A DNA stretch of 62,196 nucleotides, filler included, from Hausera hauseri (GCA_046269625.1; 12 parts of 12 records of this genome joined end to end with filler, not necessarily neighbours in it), one strand, 5' to 3'; counted from the whole stretch's first letter, positions 11,091-23,467 are shown. Program-made: numbers and translations. The notes: generated by a model not told the origin, from the letters alone.

Positions 11091-12155
11091 GCATCTACGT
11101 AGTACTTGACAGTAACATATCGTTATTACAACATGACAACAACAACGGTAAGGCTGAACGATATACTATATACTTAGACCAGCCGCTAGATTTACACCAA
11201 TGCGCGTGGGAAGTGGCTTTGATGGAATTCACATTTACATTTTCAACAATATCAATAAGTGACCATGAAATTTCTGTTCGGATCAACGACACATTTGATG
11301 CTACATTTTCAACTTTGACAATATACATCATCATCATTATTATTGTCAACAGTGCGAATATGAGTCTTTACATGATGTTACCGAGCAACAGTTGTCTGAC
11401 GACTCGTCCAAACAGTTCAGCCAGTCAATACATTGTAGACTGGGACAATACAATATATTCATCCGGACGATGGGAAGTTACACTGACGAAATTTAACTTT
11501 CCCTACGCACCGGTGATATTGAAAGGCAATATGAAAATACATATTAGCACAATTCACCGAGTCACTGCAACTCATCTATATCAACAACTACTTGAAAATA
11601 ATAAACTGTAAGCCAGAACTTCTTATGTTTGTACAAGCGACTTTAATAAGAGTACAAAAAAGACAAAATCCGTGTTATGCTAAAAATGGAAAAGTACAGT
11701 TTGATTACAAAAGATAATTTACTGTCCGTTTCAATTCTATTTAAGTTGGTAAAATTTTGGATTCAAAGCTACAGATATCAAAGGTAAAAACATCGTTGCT
11801 GATGATGCCATCGCACAAAATACATATCCAGGAACATATGTGAACATTATTTTTAGTGGACAAAATATATCAACGGTGCATGATACATTTATTGAAAATT
11901 AACGATAATGTCTATTGTGAATCTGTAGCAGATCTCATTCGACATTTTTCCGCTACAAAGTACCAATACATATTTAAAGCTTTAGTCAGATACAAATGGC
12001 TACATCACATTCGAATTGTACAAGGACGTGGTTTAAGGTTTGTGGAATAAAGCTTTGGCCATTGTATTAGGTTTTGAAAAACAGCGGTTTGAGCCTAACA
12101 AGACACATATTGCGACGTTTAAACCAAAACTGAAAAACGGACTACATTACATGGT
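11087..12155 (+). pseudogene. Polinton minor capsid (penton)-like sequences, two N-termini in tandem
   Basis: MSIYVVLDSN...WEVALMEF, then MSLYMMLPSNS...GRWEVTLTKF; later DNVYCES and LGFEKQRF shared with the 44-45 kb copy. Truncated at about 12155. Confidence 0.72.
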
Positions 12156-12206
12156 CAAAATTTTGCCGAAAATGATCGTTATAGCGAGATAGATTTGGAA
12201 ATATTC

Positions 12207-15060
12207 TTAAAACCTTTGTTTTGATAAGTGAGAACGAAAGCACATTTCTACATATTTTCTAGCCGCATTCTCCTTCTCATCTAGTACATCGCCACGGATA
12301 CTGGAATGGTTTACTATGCGAATTAATCTCTTCATAAGTTCCGTCAATTTGTCGCTATCCGAATCAAGAACAGGTACAGAAAATTGTCTCAATTCTCTAA
12401 TTACATCTCCATTATGGTCAGTGTATTCGTATTTTCCTTGGTGCTCGAACAGGGTAATTTTGCTTGGTGGTCAGCGGCACAACTTCATTTGACGGTACTA
12501 AGTTTTTATCATATTGCTCTTTGTTTTCATCTGTTTTAAGTATTCGAAATGCACTGTCAGATCTTGAATTCCCATGACTGGCCTTACTCTCTGATAAGTT
12601 TTGGCTTCACGTATAGCTTCCTCTTTGGTTTCATTACTGACGATCACAGCCACTATAAGACTTGTTTTGTATGCGATAATTCCAACAGCTATTAAACATT
12701 CTATTAAAAATGCTATTCATTAAACATGCTAGTTCATCTAATATTCGGCTTCTGAAATAACGTCTATAGTTTACTTCGCTTCTAGCACCATTGATTAATA
12801 GCCACTGTTTTACGTCTCTAATAGATGACGCTTTTGTGTATTAGCATTCTTTCTCATCTATACATTCAGACGGCACGTTTACCTTTAACGTTACATCAAG
12901 TTTAGCCTTTAAGACTTTAGCATATTTTTATTACGAGTTTTGGCACAGCACTATAAATCGTGTTTTCACTAAATAGTTAATTAAAGTAGGAATGAGTTCT
13001 GTTATTCTATTTTCTTTGATATTTACGTTAATTAATTCAATTGAATCTCTCTCAGTTAGCGCTGGATCCAGAAACATTTCCGCACTGAATCTACGATTCT
13101 GTGGGTACACTCTCGTTCCATGAAGGTGAACTGGGATTTTCGGGTTTTCGTGGATTATCTTATTCAAATTGCATCCCATTCGGGATCTTTCTCGTTTTCT
13201 GGAGGCTCGTAGTCAAATATTGAGGTATCTGGTTGTCGGATTGGATTCCCATTTTGTGCAATTTCTTGTATTTCGTGAAGTACCGTTTGTATCTCAGCTA
13301 TTCGTACTGTCTGGAAACCAATTCTATCATAGTAAATAAGTTGTTGTAGAATCAGCAGCTGGCATAGTTCATCTGCTTGAATAAACCATCTTTCTTGATA
13401 AGTAGTCAATTCGAATGTCAATTCGCGTTGCCATCTTCGCGCAACTTCTTATTTATTAGCTATTCCAAGTTCAATAAAGGCGTATTTATTTCTGTACGTT
13501 TCGAATTCTTTACTCAATTCCTCCATTTCAGTTTTCATTTGCATACGCTTGAATTGGAGTTTTCTGAGTTTGAAGTATCTGGCTTTGAAGCTGCCTTGTT
13601 TTCTCTTCACTGATATCTGCTATGCCGACCAACAACAATGTTAACTTGTGAAATTCTTTCAAAATTCTGGAGTTCGAATCTATTTCTTCAATTAATTTTT
13701 TACAAAAGATTCTTCAAAGGTAATATGACGATCGCTAATTACCTTCTTTAATTCGACGTAACATATTTACGTCGATCTGACCCACGTATAGCATTAGATT
13801 GGTCACGCAAAATTTTTAATGCATTCAAGATGGAATTAGCGTGATTGCAGCATATATCCCAAATTTTCAATTCTCGCAACATGATTTCCTTTATGGATTT
13901 TGTTGTCACATACTAGATTTCTTCTAGCTGAACATCCCTAATTTTTGAGTAAAGATCATGATTTATACTTTGCATCGACTGAAAATTTATTTCTTCAATC
14001 ACTTTGTATATTTCATGTAGCAGCGGAATTTGTTCAATTTTGTTCTTAGTGTTCAACTATCGGAATTCATTTAGGCGTGTTCGGATTTCTGTTTCTGCCT
14101 TCATAATGTCTAAATCTCACATGATTATATTTAACTTCTTCCTCAGTGCTGGATGGACGTTTGGATACTCTTTTATACGATTAAGCATTCTTCAGGTTAG
14201 TTCAGTTAATAAGTCTTACCATTTTTTCAATTGTATGGTAATTACTGGTTTTGCCTTTTTTGCTGCCTAGTATCTTGTTGCAGTATTTTAATCTGTCGTC
14301 TGGACTTTCAATGAACTCATTTTTATATTATACGAACTTTGTGATACAAGCTTCAGTTGTAGTGTTTGTTTCTTCGTCGTCAGAACGAATTATCCTGTTT
14401 CTTAGGATGTAAATTTCTGATCGTTTAATTTTCTCTATCGCAATCCGAGACTCTATATTTTTGTATTGTTTATGTTCAGTGAACACAATTCTAATCATTT
14501 TCATCAGAGGTGAAATATCTACTGAATTGATGCCCCAAATTTCTAAACCACTCTTGTTCCGTGAATTAAATGGTTTTTCTCTCAGATGATTAACCATGAT
14601 ACGCTTTATTTCGTTCATCAATTTCTCCAAATTATGTTTTGCTCCTTTCATTTGTTAGTTCCTGAATCACACTCGGCGTCTCCAGATTGATATCTGCGTC
14701 AGTTTCTATAACAATTTCGGTATCTTCAGTTTTTTTCTGAATTCTCTATAGTCATTGCGGACCACGAATAATTTCTATGCTTGCGTTTGATTGATGAATT
14801 TCAAACTCTATATTAAGTATTAGCGGTTCCATAAATTCCCTTTAAGCTACATCAACTTCGGTAATTTTATTCAAGCTTTCATCTATATGTGGAGGCTCTG
14901 CATCTAAATCTACATCGCCAGAAGTTTTCGGTTCAACTTTATTACCAGCCACCATATTATCTGCAGGAATATTCTTTTTACGTACCATATCAGTCCGTTT
15001 TTGCAGAGCTATAGAGTGCTCGTATTCAGTTTCCGGTTCTCTAAGACTGTGATAAACTTC
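12207..15060 (-). pseudogene. Long decayed reading frame of unrecognised family
   Basis: Chain of protein-like E/K/I-rich minus-strand segments (12207-12392, 12931-13421, 14328-14651 and intervening pieces) broken by stops and frameshifts. Confidence 0.45.
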
Positions 15061-15077
15061 CAGTAATCATAATTTCT

Positions 15078-15300
15078 AGTCATACATGCGATCAAGACGG
15101 ACATATAGCAAAATCATGCCAAAAGCCCAGAAAAACTAGTCTAATTAAAACCAATGAAAATTTAGAAACAACTTACGCTATCCGTGGTGATATAGGTATG
15201 GTTATTGAAATACAGGATTTACGACGATTTATAAAAAGTCAATGCGATACCAACAATTCAAAATTGCTAATGACCACAAATGAATATAAATTGCCATTTC
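15078..15300 (+). pseudogene. Zinc-knuckle (gag-like) remnant
   Basis: SHTCDQDGHIAKSC, a CCHC knuckle with the first Cys mutated. Confidence 0.45.
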
Positions 15301-15538
15301 TGCCGACTCTTTGTCGACCATCTTCGTTTATAGATGACTTCGATCTACTCGTTTTCTGTTATTAGTTTTGTTAGACAAACCTTGTCTATTATCTCCATTA
15401 CGTCAACTATCATTATTTCGGTTAAAATTGTACCGAGTTCCATGGTTTGTGTGTTTATAAATATCTTGGCTAGTAGTGAGAAAATGACGGTTCTACACCA
15501 CCCCCGGGAGTGTGCGAATCGATATTGCACATGTGCCA

Positions 15539-15609
15539 ATCGATAGTGCACCCGGAGCACTATCGATCCAAAAAGTGGCTAGCAACGGTGCCGCTAGGCA
15601 CCGTTGCTA
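15539..15609. repeat. Two adjacent perfect inverted repeats
   Basis: ATCGATAGTGC/GCACTATCGAT (15539-15567) and TAGCAACGGTGCC/GGCACCGTTGCTA (15580-15609). Confidence 0.9.
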
Positions 15610-15740
15610 TGCACATTTTTGCACCTTTGACAAATCGATCNNNNNNNNNNNNNNNNNNNNNNNNNNNNNNNNNNNNNNNNNNNNTTAATTAATTAANNNN
15701 NNNNNNNNNNNNNNNNNNNNNNNNNNNNNNNNNNNNNNNN

Positions 15741-16065
15741 GGCTGTCTTCCCATATATTTTGTATTTTTATTTTTATACCTGGCCGTTCTTGTAGTGTAT
15801 CGTCCGTAATCTGCCTTTCCGTCAGTCCTTCCAGGGAAAAAATTTCTTCTTCATGGAGGCTCTCGTTTTGCCTTTCTGTAAATCGTACTTCTTCGTTTCG
15901 GTCTCGAAATGTTCCCTTCTTTATGAACTTCCGTACCTTTTCCTCTATTCTTTCCTTCATTTCTTCAATACCTTGTCCGTTCCTTTCAATATTTTGGGAG
16001 CTTTTAGAGTTGTTTAATGTAATTCCCCGACTAGCTCCACTTCTGTCGAGGCTTTGTCTTTTGGG
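15741..16065 (-). CDS. pol: Start of the pol frame (-1 relative to gag), 3'-partial; LTR retrotransposon family 2
   Basis: The -1 frame is open from the gag overlap (C CCA AAA at 16065-16059) to the contig edge and ends RPGIKIKIQNIWEDS, which resembles the stretch preceding a protease active site. Confidence 0.55.
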
Positions 16066-17102
16066 TTTGTCGACTCTGTGATGGATTCTTCATAGTCTTC
16101 GTTAATACTTGCAACGTATGCGTGCCTGCTGTTTACCCTCTCTCCATGTCTTTTCTGACCATACCCCGCACGTTTAAAATTGCCGATATACGTATTTTGT
16201 CCTCTTATGGTCTTGTCCAAATTTGTATAGCACTCTTCTTCCATGTGCCCTTTATTGTGATATCTATTGCATTTTATGTTCATGCAATTTTGCCTTATGT
16301 GTCCTTGATGACCACATCCATAGCATATTATGGGTTTCCTTTCGGGGCAATATCTGTTAATGTGCCCTTCTTTCCCGCAACCAAAACATCTTGGTGTATG
16401 TTGGAGGTTGCATGTCCTGCTTGTGTGCCCGTCTGTTTGGCACGACCAACATTTTATCGTACTTTTTGCCTGAGTATTGTGCAGCTTGAAATCCTTCCTT
16501 TTCTGTCTTGGTTTGTCAAATTTATTCACCGCCACATCCCGGTAACTCCGTCAACACTCTCTAGTGTATTCTGTGACTGTGTTTATCTCATCCGTCTTTG
16601 TTGCCACTGCGTGGACCTTCCGTATTTTCTCTTTGATATGTTCGACGCTTTTTTCGTCACTGCGATAGATTTCCTTTCTCATCTCTGGATTGTCGCAACA
16701 GTGGATCATCAATTCCTCTGTTAGGGTTTCCAATGTTACTTTGTGGCTAAGTATGCTCTTCGCCAATTGTTCAATTTTGTTGAAGTAGGCGTCCGGTTCT
16801 GCCCCCCTCATTCTGTAGTTCAAGGCCTCATGCAAATCTCCGCACAACGTTGTGGGTTTTGAAAATGCTTTTCTCAACCGGTTTTGGTACCCTTTCACGT
16901 TCTGGTTCACCAGATTGTATTTTTCCTGTTCTTCATCCGCCATCAGACACAGGATCGCAGTTTCCCGGTCCGTCTCCGACATCTTTATGAAGTCGAAGTA
17001 TCTGTCGCATTTTCCAATAAAGGTTTCCACGTTGTCACCTTTCTGGAATTCTTTTGGCATCAATTTCTTCTCGAAGAAGTATCTTGAAGTGTGGTTCGCC
17101 AT
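16014..17102 (-). pseudogene. gag: Gag of LTR retrotransposon family 2 with four zinc knuckles and one in-frame TGA
   Basis: The two listed ORFs are in the same frame, separated only by TGA at 16553-16551. Knuckles: CWSCQTDGHTSRTC, CFGCGKEGHINRYC, CYGCGHQGHIRQNC and degenerate CNRYHNKGHMEEEC. Confidence 0.82.
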
Positions 17103-17212
17103 GTTAGTAGATCGCGTTTCTACCATTCCGACCTCAACGTTATTCGATGATTGTAAGATTGAATTATGCATTAGAAATTTATTATAAAAGTTTGTATAAC
17201 AATTATCTCCTA

Positions 17213-17325
17213 CACTCATTAAATGACTCTTATTTTCATCCTTTTTTGAATTTCTTGACTTTATATTGGATAATTATTGAACTGACTTTAAATTAAATTT
17301 AAACATTAATATTTGTTTAATTTCC
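17213..17325 (+). repeat. Interspersed AT-rich repeat, second copy at about 25051-25163
   Basis: CACTCATTAAATGA.TCTT.TTTTCATCCTTTTT.GAATTTCT.GACTTTA.ATTGG shared between two contigs. Confidence 0.75.
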
Positions 17326-17329
17326 TCCT

Positions 17330-18204
17330 CACACAGTGAATGAATGTTGTTGAATGCAATTTTTTGCCAAGTAGAAGATAGAAATTTAGTGAATCCAGGA
17401 TTGAATGTGTGCAAAGCTGCGCCATCAGTGATTTTATAGGATTTGAAGGAGGATAGAATAGAGTCATCTGGATGATTCCGTCTGAGTAACTCATTGTTCA
17501 AAACGGGTACAAACGTGATCGATTTGACAGAATTCGAAAAAAATCAGCCACTAGATTGTTAACCCCTGAAATGTGTTTTATATCAATAACGAATATCGAG
17601 GGGTATGATATCTGTCGCTCCTGTCGTGGGGATGGAGATTTCATAGTGAGAATATGAAATAATGACTTATTGTCCGTTTGGATTGTGAATATGCGTAAAA
17701 GCAGGTGTTTAAATTGCTTCACGGCTAGGACCGTAGAAAGCAACTTTCTCTCGAAAGCGGAATAACTTTGTTCGACTTTTGTGAATTTACATGATTAGCT
17801 GATGGTATATGTCGTTAAATTGATGAAGTGCAGCACTTGCCATTGTAGTGGATGCGTCTATTGTTAGGAAAAGTTCCAAGTGTGGATCAGGGTATGCAAG
17901 AATTTGCAGTTTTTACGTTGTCTTTGAGGTGTTAGAATGAGTTGACAAAGTCGGCAGTCCAGTGAATAAGCTGTTTCTTTTTGCATGAGCTGAGTAAGGT
18001 AATGGTGCCATAAGTGTGAACAGTAGGGTACATGCTTTTGTAAGAAGTGAAGTGTTCTGAGCAAGGAGTGCATTTCTATTGATGTTCGTAGTAGCTGAAT
18101 GTGTTTGAGTTGAGTGATGCAATCTTGTTGAGAAGAGCGGCCAAATTGAGTAATGACGTGTCCGAGAAAGCTGATTTTGCTTTCAAGGAAAAAAACTTAA
18201 GAAA
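17330..18204 (-). mobile_element. Decayed Gypsy pol fragment (RT end, RNase H), family 3
   Basis: ISFLGHVIT, VLAVKQFKHLLL, QTDNK, SPRQERQISY and HISGVNNLVADF; matches the 25.7-30.3 kb and 54-58 kb elements. Confidence 0.85.
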
Positions 18205-18470
18205 AGTAGTAGTAGGATGTGAGGATACACGCACCCCCCCAGGGAAGGAAGGAAAAGAAGCGATTCGGGATGAGTCACTGTGTAGGAAAATCGATATACA
18301 CATACATGGTTAATAGGGCAGAGATAGGAGGCACACAGTCATTAAAGTGATACACACAAACACGTGTTCTTTATGGATTTAAGTCGGGTTTAAAATTTTG
18401 AATTTTGCGTAAAAGAAATTTTTGTTTTAATTTTGGTTTTGGTGTAATGTGATTCGTCTGTTTGTTGTCT
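18205..18470 (+). repeat. Polinton terminus / terminal inverted repeat sequence
   Basis: Begins AGTAGTAGTAGGATGTGAG, adjoins polB, and matches the reverse complement of about 25390-25674. Confidence 0.75.
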
Positions 18471-19765
18471 GTTTGATGTATCTAGCTGTTCATTAGCTAT
18501 CATTGCTGGTAACAGTTGTGATCTCAAATCAACATCACGGCATTCGATGAAAAAACTGTCTGTGTCACCGGCAACGATATTAAGTTCAAATTGAAACTGG
18601 TGCCTATATGTCTCCAACTAGATATAATTCAGTTCATATATTCTCAACTTGGGTAGATCAAGTACGGCCTGTCCGATGTACGAGGGCTTATCTAAGGTGA
18701 CTGTCTTTATCGAGGAGAACGGCAACCAGATCATCGGCTATTATAATGCTTTCTTTCAACTGGGCCTTACTAGCATATGTAACTAACTTTTTAGCATTAT
18801 TGCAGTTTTAGGTTTGATCTATTTAGCAAATTTTCCACTGTTTTCCATATAAGCTGTTGTTCTTAAGCTTAAAAAGTCTTTTAAAAGGATTATTTGCTGC
18901 AGCCCTCTTTGCAGTATTTAGATCAATATAATCTTTGAAATCACATCCCTGGTCAAACTCAACATCTCGATGAACCTTTTTAACTACAGCACCTAGCTCG
19001 ATGTACAACTGTAAGAGCCGATAGTGAACAACATAATTGGACTTACGCTCATGTGTAAGTAGCAATTTCTTAACTTTCGAGCCAGGAGGACATTGGTTGA
19101 TTGAAGCTACAGGCAGTTCGTCCAACTTATCATGTTTGTCAGCTGGAATGCTTAGTCAACTTCAAAGACTAAACTTCGTTTTTCCTTAGCAAAGTCAATA
19201 AAAGGTAATTATTGGATCAGTGGTCAATACGTCCTCATCGTAAATCCAAGTCAGTCGCAAATGGCAAAGGTTGTGATAAAGCCCAACCGTACAGATTATT
19301 TACATCAATATACAAGAGACTGGTGCTTTCATCAGTGGTAACCCTATGCTTATTTACAAGAGTCATATCACTGCGAATACCCGACTGAAAGAAACTGTAC
19401 AATTCAGGTTTCTGAATGAGCTCAATCTTACAAGGACTTGATTTCAATGCTGTGGCCCAAGACAAACCCGGAATTGAGACAAAGTTAAAAGCTTCTAAAC
19501 CATCTTGCAACCTAACCTCCTTTATGAACCGTTCAAAGACATCGCCTAACAAGTATACATCGAGTTTCATGTATACCATCATATAATCCAAAAGTGAGGT
19601 GCAACTATATTTGGACCAGGTAAGTTGTGCTTTCACGTAATCCGTATCACTAACACCATTCCATATTGGCGGTAATTCAGTAATAGTTTGCAAATCACTG
19701 AATGTTTTAGCTGCAGTATATGGAAAAATTCATGTTCCCTTAATAATGTCAGAAGGAAAAGCTGA
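18470..19765 (-). pseudogene. polB: Protein-primed family B DNA polymerase (Polinton), decayed and C-terminally truncated
   Basis: YIDVNNLYGWALSQPLP (motif A), KLKNNSLYGK (motif B), AGDTDSFF (motif C), YMKLDVYLL (exo III). Confidence 0.92.
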
Positions 19766-22581
19766 NNNNNNNNNNNNNNNNNNNNNNNNNNNNNNNNNNN
19801 NNNNNNNNNTTAATTAATTAANNNNNNNNNNNNNNNNNNNNNNNNNNNNNNNNNNNNNNNNNNNNAAATGTATTTGTTCTTTACTGATTGATCGTAGCAT
19901 CTTTACTTGTCTCTTGGTCTGAAGATTTGTGAGTTCCACTGTTATGAGATCTTCTTGTCCTAGGCTATTTCGTTCGAAACTAAATACCAAAGTTTCATAA
20001 CACTCCGTACATTTCGACACAAAACATTGAAGCATGCATGGAACGATTATTAAGTTGATACATTCAATATATACAAATCTATGTAGGAAATAGAAGTCCA
20101 AACGGTTATATTCCGATGTATGGGGTTTAAGTTAAATTCAAGTTTACGAACAAATATTTATTAAGTTTCAAGGTTAAAAGGTCTGTTAAATAGATAATAA
20201 TTTTACCATAATAAAATCCAGACGAAAATTGAACTAGGGACTAACACATCATACATAACAGTAAATGCCATATCTTATCTGTTATAAAAACGAGTCGCAG
20301 ATATAAGAATGGTACTATCGGCGAGGGTTTTTACGAAACGATTACTTGAACAAAATAGATCAGCAAAATGGTATTCAGGTCCACAGGTGATTATCAACTG
20401 GTTTGCGATTAATTCGGATGGATGGTCATATATTTATCTAATAAATTGAAATTAGCTCCACGGTGATCTTATTAATGTGTAGAACGCTATTAAACAATCC
20501 CTAGATGATTCCACAGATTTCTGAGGAATTCCGTTAGAATATAAATCTATTTATATACAGTAATGGAATTTGTTCCTTATAACATTTGATACGTACCTTT
20601 CAAATCAATAATTTATATAAACAACATTTAACAAAGTCCATTTTATATATATTCGTAATCATTTATTCGAGTTGCAAACCTACGTATAAATATAGCTATT
20701 GTCAGTTTTATTTATGGATACACGTCATATCTGCGGTTTACCGCAGGTTCATGTGCTGTGCACGATCACAAATTTGTTGGCTCTCGGCTCACGAGTTCTT
20801 CGGCTTCCATCAATAAATCGAAGATTTTTATATTAACAATAATAATCTGTCTGATAATCGAGCATGTACACTATGTATGATTTCATCTCCTCACAATGGT
20901 ATCGTGAACAAAACAAATCATACTTTTCCGATCTGCCGACCCAAGTTATTGTTGTCATTATAGGACACATCCTGAAAATTTAATCACACCAAACCATTGA
21001 CCAATTTTCTATAACCATCATTTCATAGTTGCAACTAGTTTACTGCAATTCTGAACCACACATATGATAACATGTAAATCCATAACTTCGTTTCTTTGTT
21101 ATGAGCCACGAGTTTTGTTTATCCCGTTTTCAGATTCCAACCGTCTCATTATGCTGAATCAATAAGCGACCACTACTTCCATCGTATCGACATCTGATTT
21201 CTGATAACTTCATAAAATAGTCCAGATAGTACAGCTGATATACTTCTTCTAGCCCCAATAATCTGAAGGATTGAGAGTTCTTCTTGACTCCACTTATGCT
21301 TTTCTTGTATTCTTATTCCCAAAGTCTCCTGCTTCTTGTCTACGGTAATCTTTTCCAATCTCTTTCTTACCTTAACAATCGGTTGATCAACGTTAGTTCA
21401 ATCTTTTTCGGTGCATTGATTGATTTGTGCCTAACGTTGTGAGTCGCCACTCGGTTCAGTATTGACGTCATGGTAGTTAAGTATAATGGATAATCGACTC
21501 TGTCATACGGTCAACAAATACTCAAAAATGCGAATTGCAAATTATCACCAAGAAATGTCCGAATTACACAAAAATAATTAACCACACCGTAGAGCTAAAA
21601 CATGTGGAAATATGGATAGAGCAATTAATTATGAGATAAAATCGTTCGACATATTGGTCAGGATTACATAATATTCTAGGGTAATTAATCATGAAATAAA
21701 AATGGGATTACTTAATATTTTAACCATTAGGCATACTTTAACTGAATTAAGTTCATCTTAATCATAGAATGCGCAACGTACGGAGGTGACCAACTACGTC
21801 ACAATGAAATCAATGAAGGTTTAAAATATTGATTAACCAAGTATTAATGATCTATTTATATTCCAACTAATGGTTGTACTATGGCATGTTAAATAATGCT
21901 AACTGAACGGAAACGTTTGTTTATTTGGTTTTAACCACAAATATGTATCTATTGTAGTATTTAGTTTCGTATCGAATCCGCAATATGTATTGCTGTGAGG
22001 ACACTTGTATTCTAGTTTTTTGGTCTAAATCAAAATACAACACTTTAATTCTTGACTGAACTATGTCGGGTATCTCAGTTCGAGTCAGGGATAAAACTCA
22101 TCACACAAAAATTCTATTTTCTGATATGTTCGATGTTTCCTGCCACTCACAATAAACACAAAATTTTATAATATTATCACCTCAATATTCGCGATTGTTA
22201 AAATTCTTCTTTGTAAAATAACCGAAACCGACCATACCACACACAACGCAATAATTCCAGAACAGGATACGCTATTCATTCTAATTTTAGTCGAATCAAA
22301 GTACGTCGATAAATTTCTTTACGGATGATCTTGTTTTTCTTCATTGGGTTATACCTTCAAGCGAAGCTTAATAATTTCTTTCTTAATAACAAATATGACT
22401 AAATATCGATTCAAACGCAACAATCCAGGAAAAGAAATATCTGAAATCGAAAGATAACAAATTCTTCGAAATTAAATGACTAAGTCAATCCAATTTTACT
22501 ATAAATAAAACGACCGAACGGATTGATTTTGGATTCACCATTTCATTTATATCACATTATTTATCACCACCAATTGATTAT

Positions 22582-22922
22582 CTAATGCAATCCGGTACTG
22601 TTGTCATCATCCCATGTTTCCCAAGCACGAATCCATATTTCGTTCGCATTCTTCTGGGTAAATATTTCATCGCATATTCGACATTTACCTTCGTCTGATG
22701 AATGTTCTGGGAAGCTCTCGATTCAATCGCCAATCCATTTCCTTTGTACATTACACAATTTCACGCGACGCATATTTACGATCCGATTTAATTTTTCAAA
22801 TATTTATTGTATTACAATAATTTACAAATAAAAATAAAATAACAGCAAAATACAAACACACCAAGAGAATGCTTACCAGATTCCTCTCCAAGCGATCGGT
22901 TAAAGTCGTTATTCTCGGCCAT
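22582..22922 (-). CDS. Possible small spliced gene, unknown product
   Basis: ATG at 22922; candidate GT-AG exons 22922-22877, 22741-22689 and 22653-22582 splice in frame to about 56 aa. No recognisable domain. Confidence 0.25.
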
Positions 22923-23214
22923 TTTCTTTTAAAGATTAATCATAAGATTTCGATAATAATAAGGTCTAACCTTTTAAGGTTCGAATTTCGAAGTTCCTTC
23001 AACGTAGGTTAAGTGTGAAAAGAAGTGTGTTTTTAAGGTTTTTGAGAGAAGTATTTATACTTGGTGGTTACTATTTTGGGAGTGACGTCATTTTATTTTC
23101 AAAATTGCGTCATTCTATTTTGGGTTTTTTGGTTTTTCCTCTGGAAATTCCAAAATCTATTTTTGGTATAGTTACAAAGTATGATCGATATTCGACAATT
23201 GCACTTTAATTTTT

Positions 23215-23467
23215 AAATTCATTTCTAATATTATTACAATAATTGCACCAATTTTCAACACTTCATTTATAATATCGAAAATTCATTTCTAATATTATTA
23301 CAATAATTGCACCAAATTTCAACACTTCATTTATAATATCGAAATTCCAACATAATAAATCTCATAACACAATAATTGATTCTTTCTACTTACGACACGA
23401 TAGTTGATTCTTTCTACACAATAATTGATTCTTTCTACTTACAACACAATAGTTGATTTTTTCTACA
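23215..23467. repeat. Tandem repeats: 64-bp unit x2 (23215-23347), then about 22-27-bp unit x4 (23367-23467)
   Basis: Direct repeats visible: ATTCATTTCTAATATTATTACAATAATTGCACC and ACAATAATTGATTCTTTCTAC. Confidence 0.85.

Larger units (their letters stand above)
9995..12155 (+). mobile_element. Decayed Polinton/Maverick (adintovirus-type) segment: integrase plus penton-like genes
   Basis: Homologous by eye to the 43399-47338 segment, with the same gene order. Confidence 0.85.

Noticed and set aside
19866-22500. Short ORFs including a KWSQEE Myb-like hint at 21173-21358
   Set aside because: Too short, flanked by stops, and no consistent exon chain.
23367-23467. CRISPR-like array
   Set aside because: The units are contiguous with no unique spacers, there are no cas genes, and the context is eukaryotic. 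The same reasoning applies to the 22-bp array at 53.5 kb.
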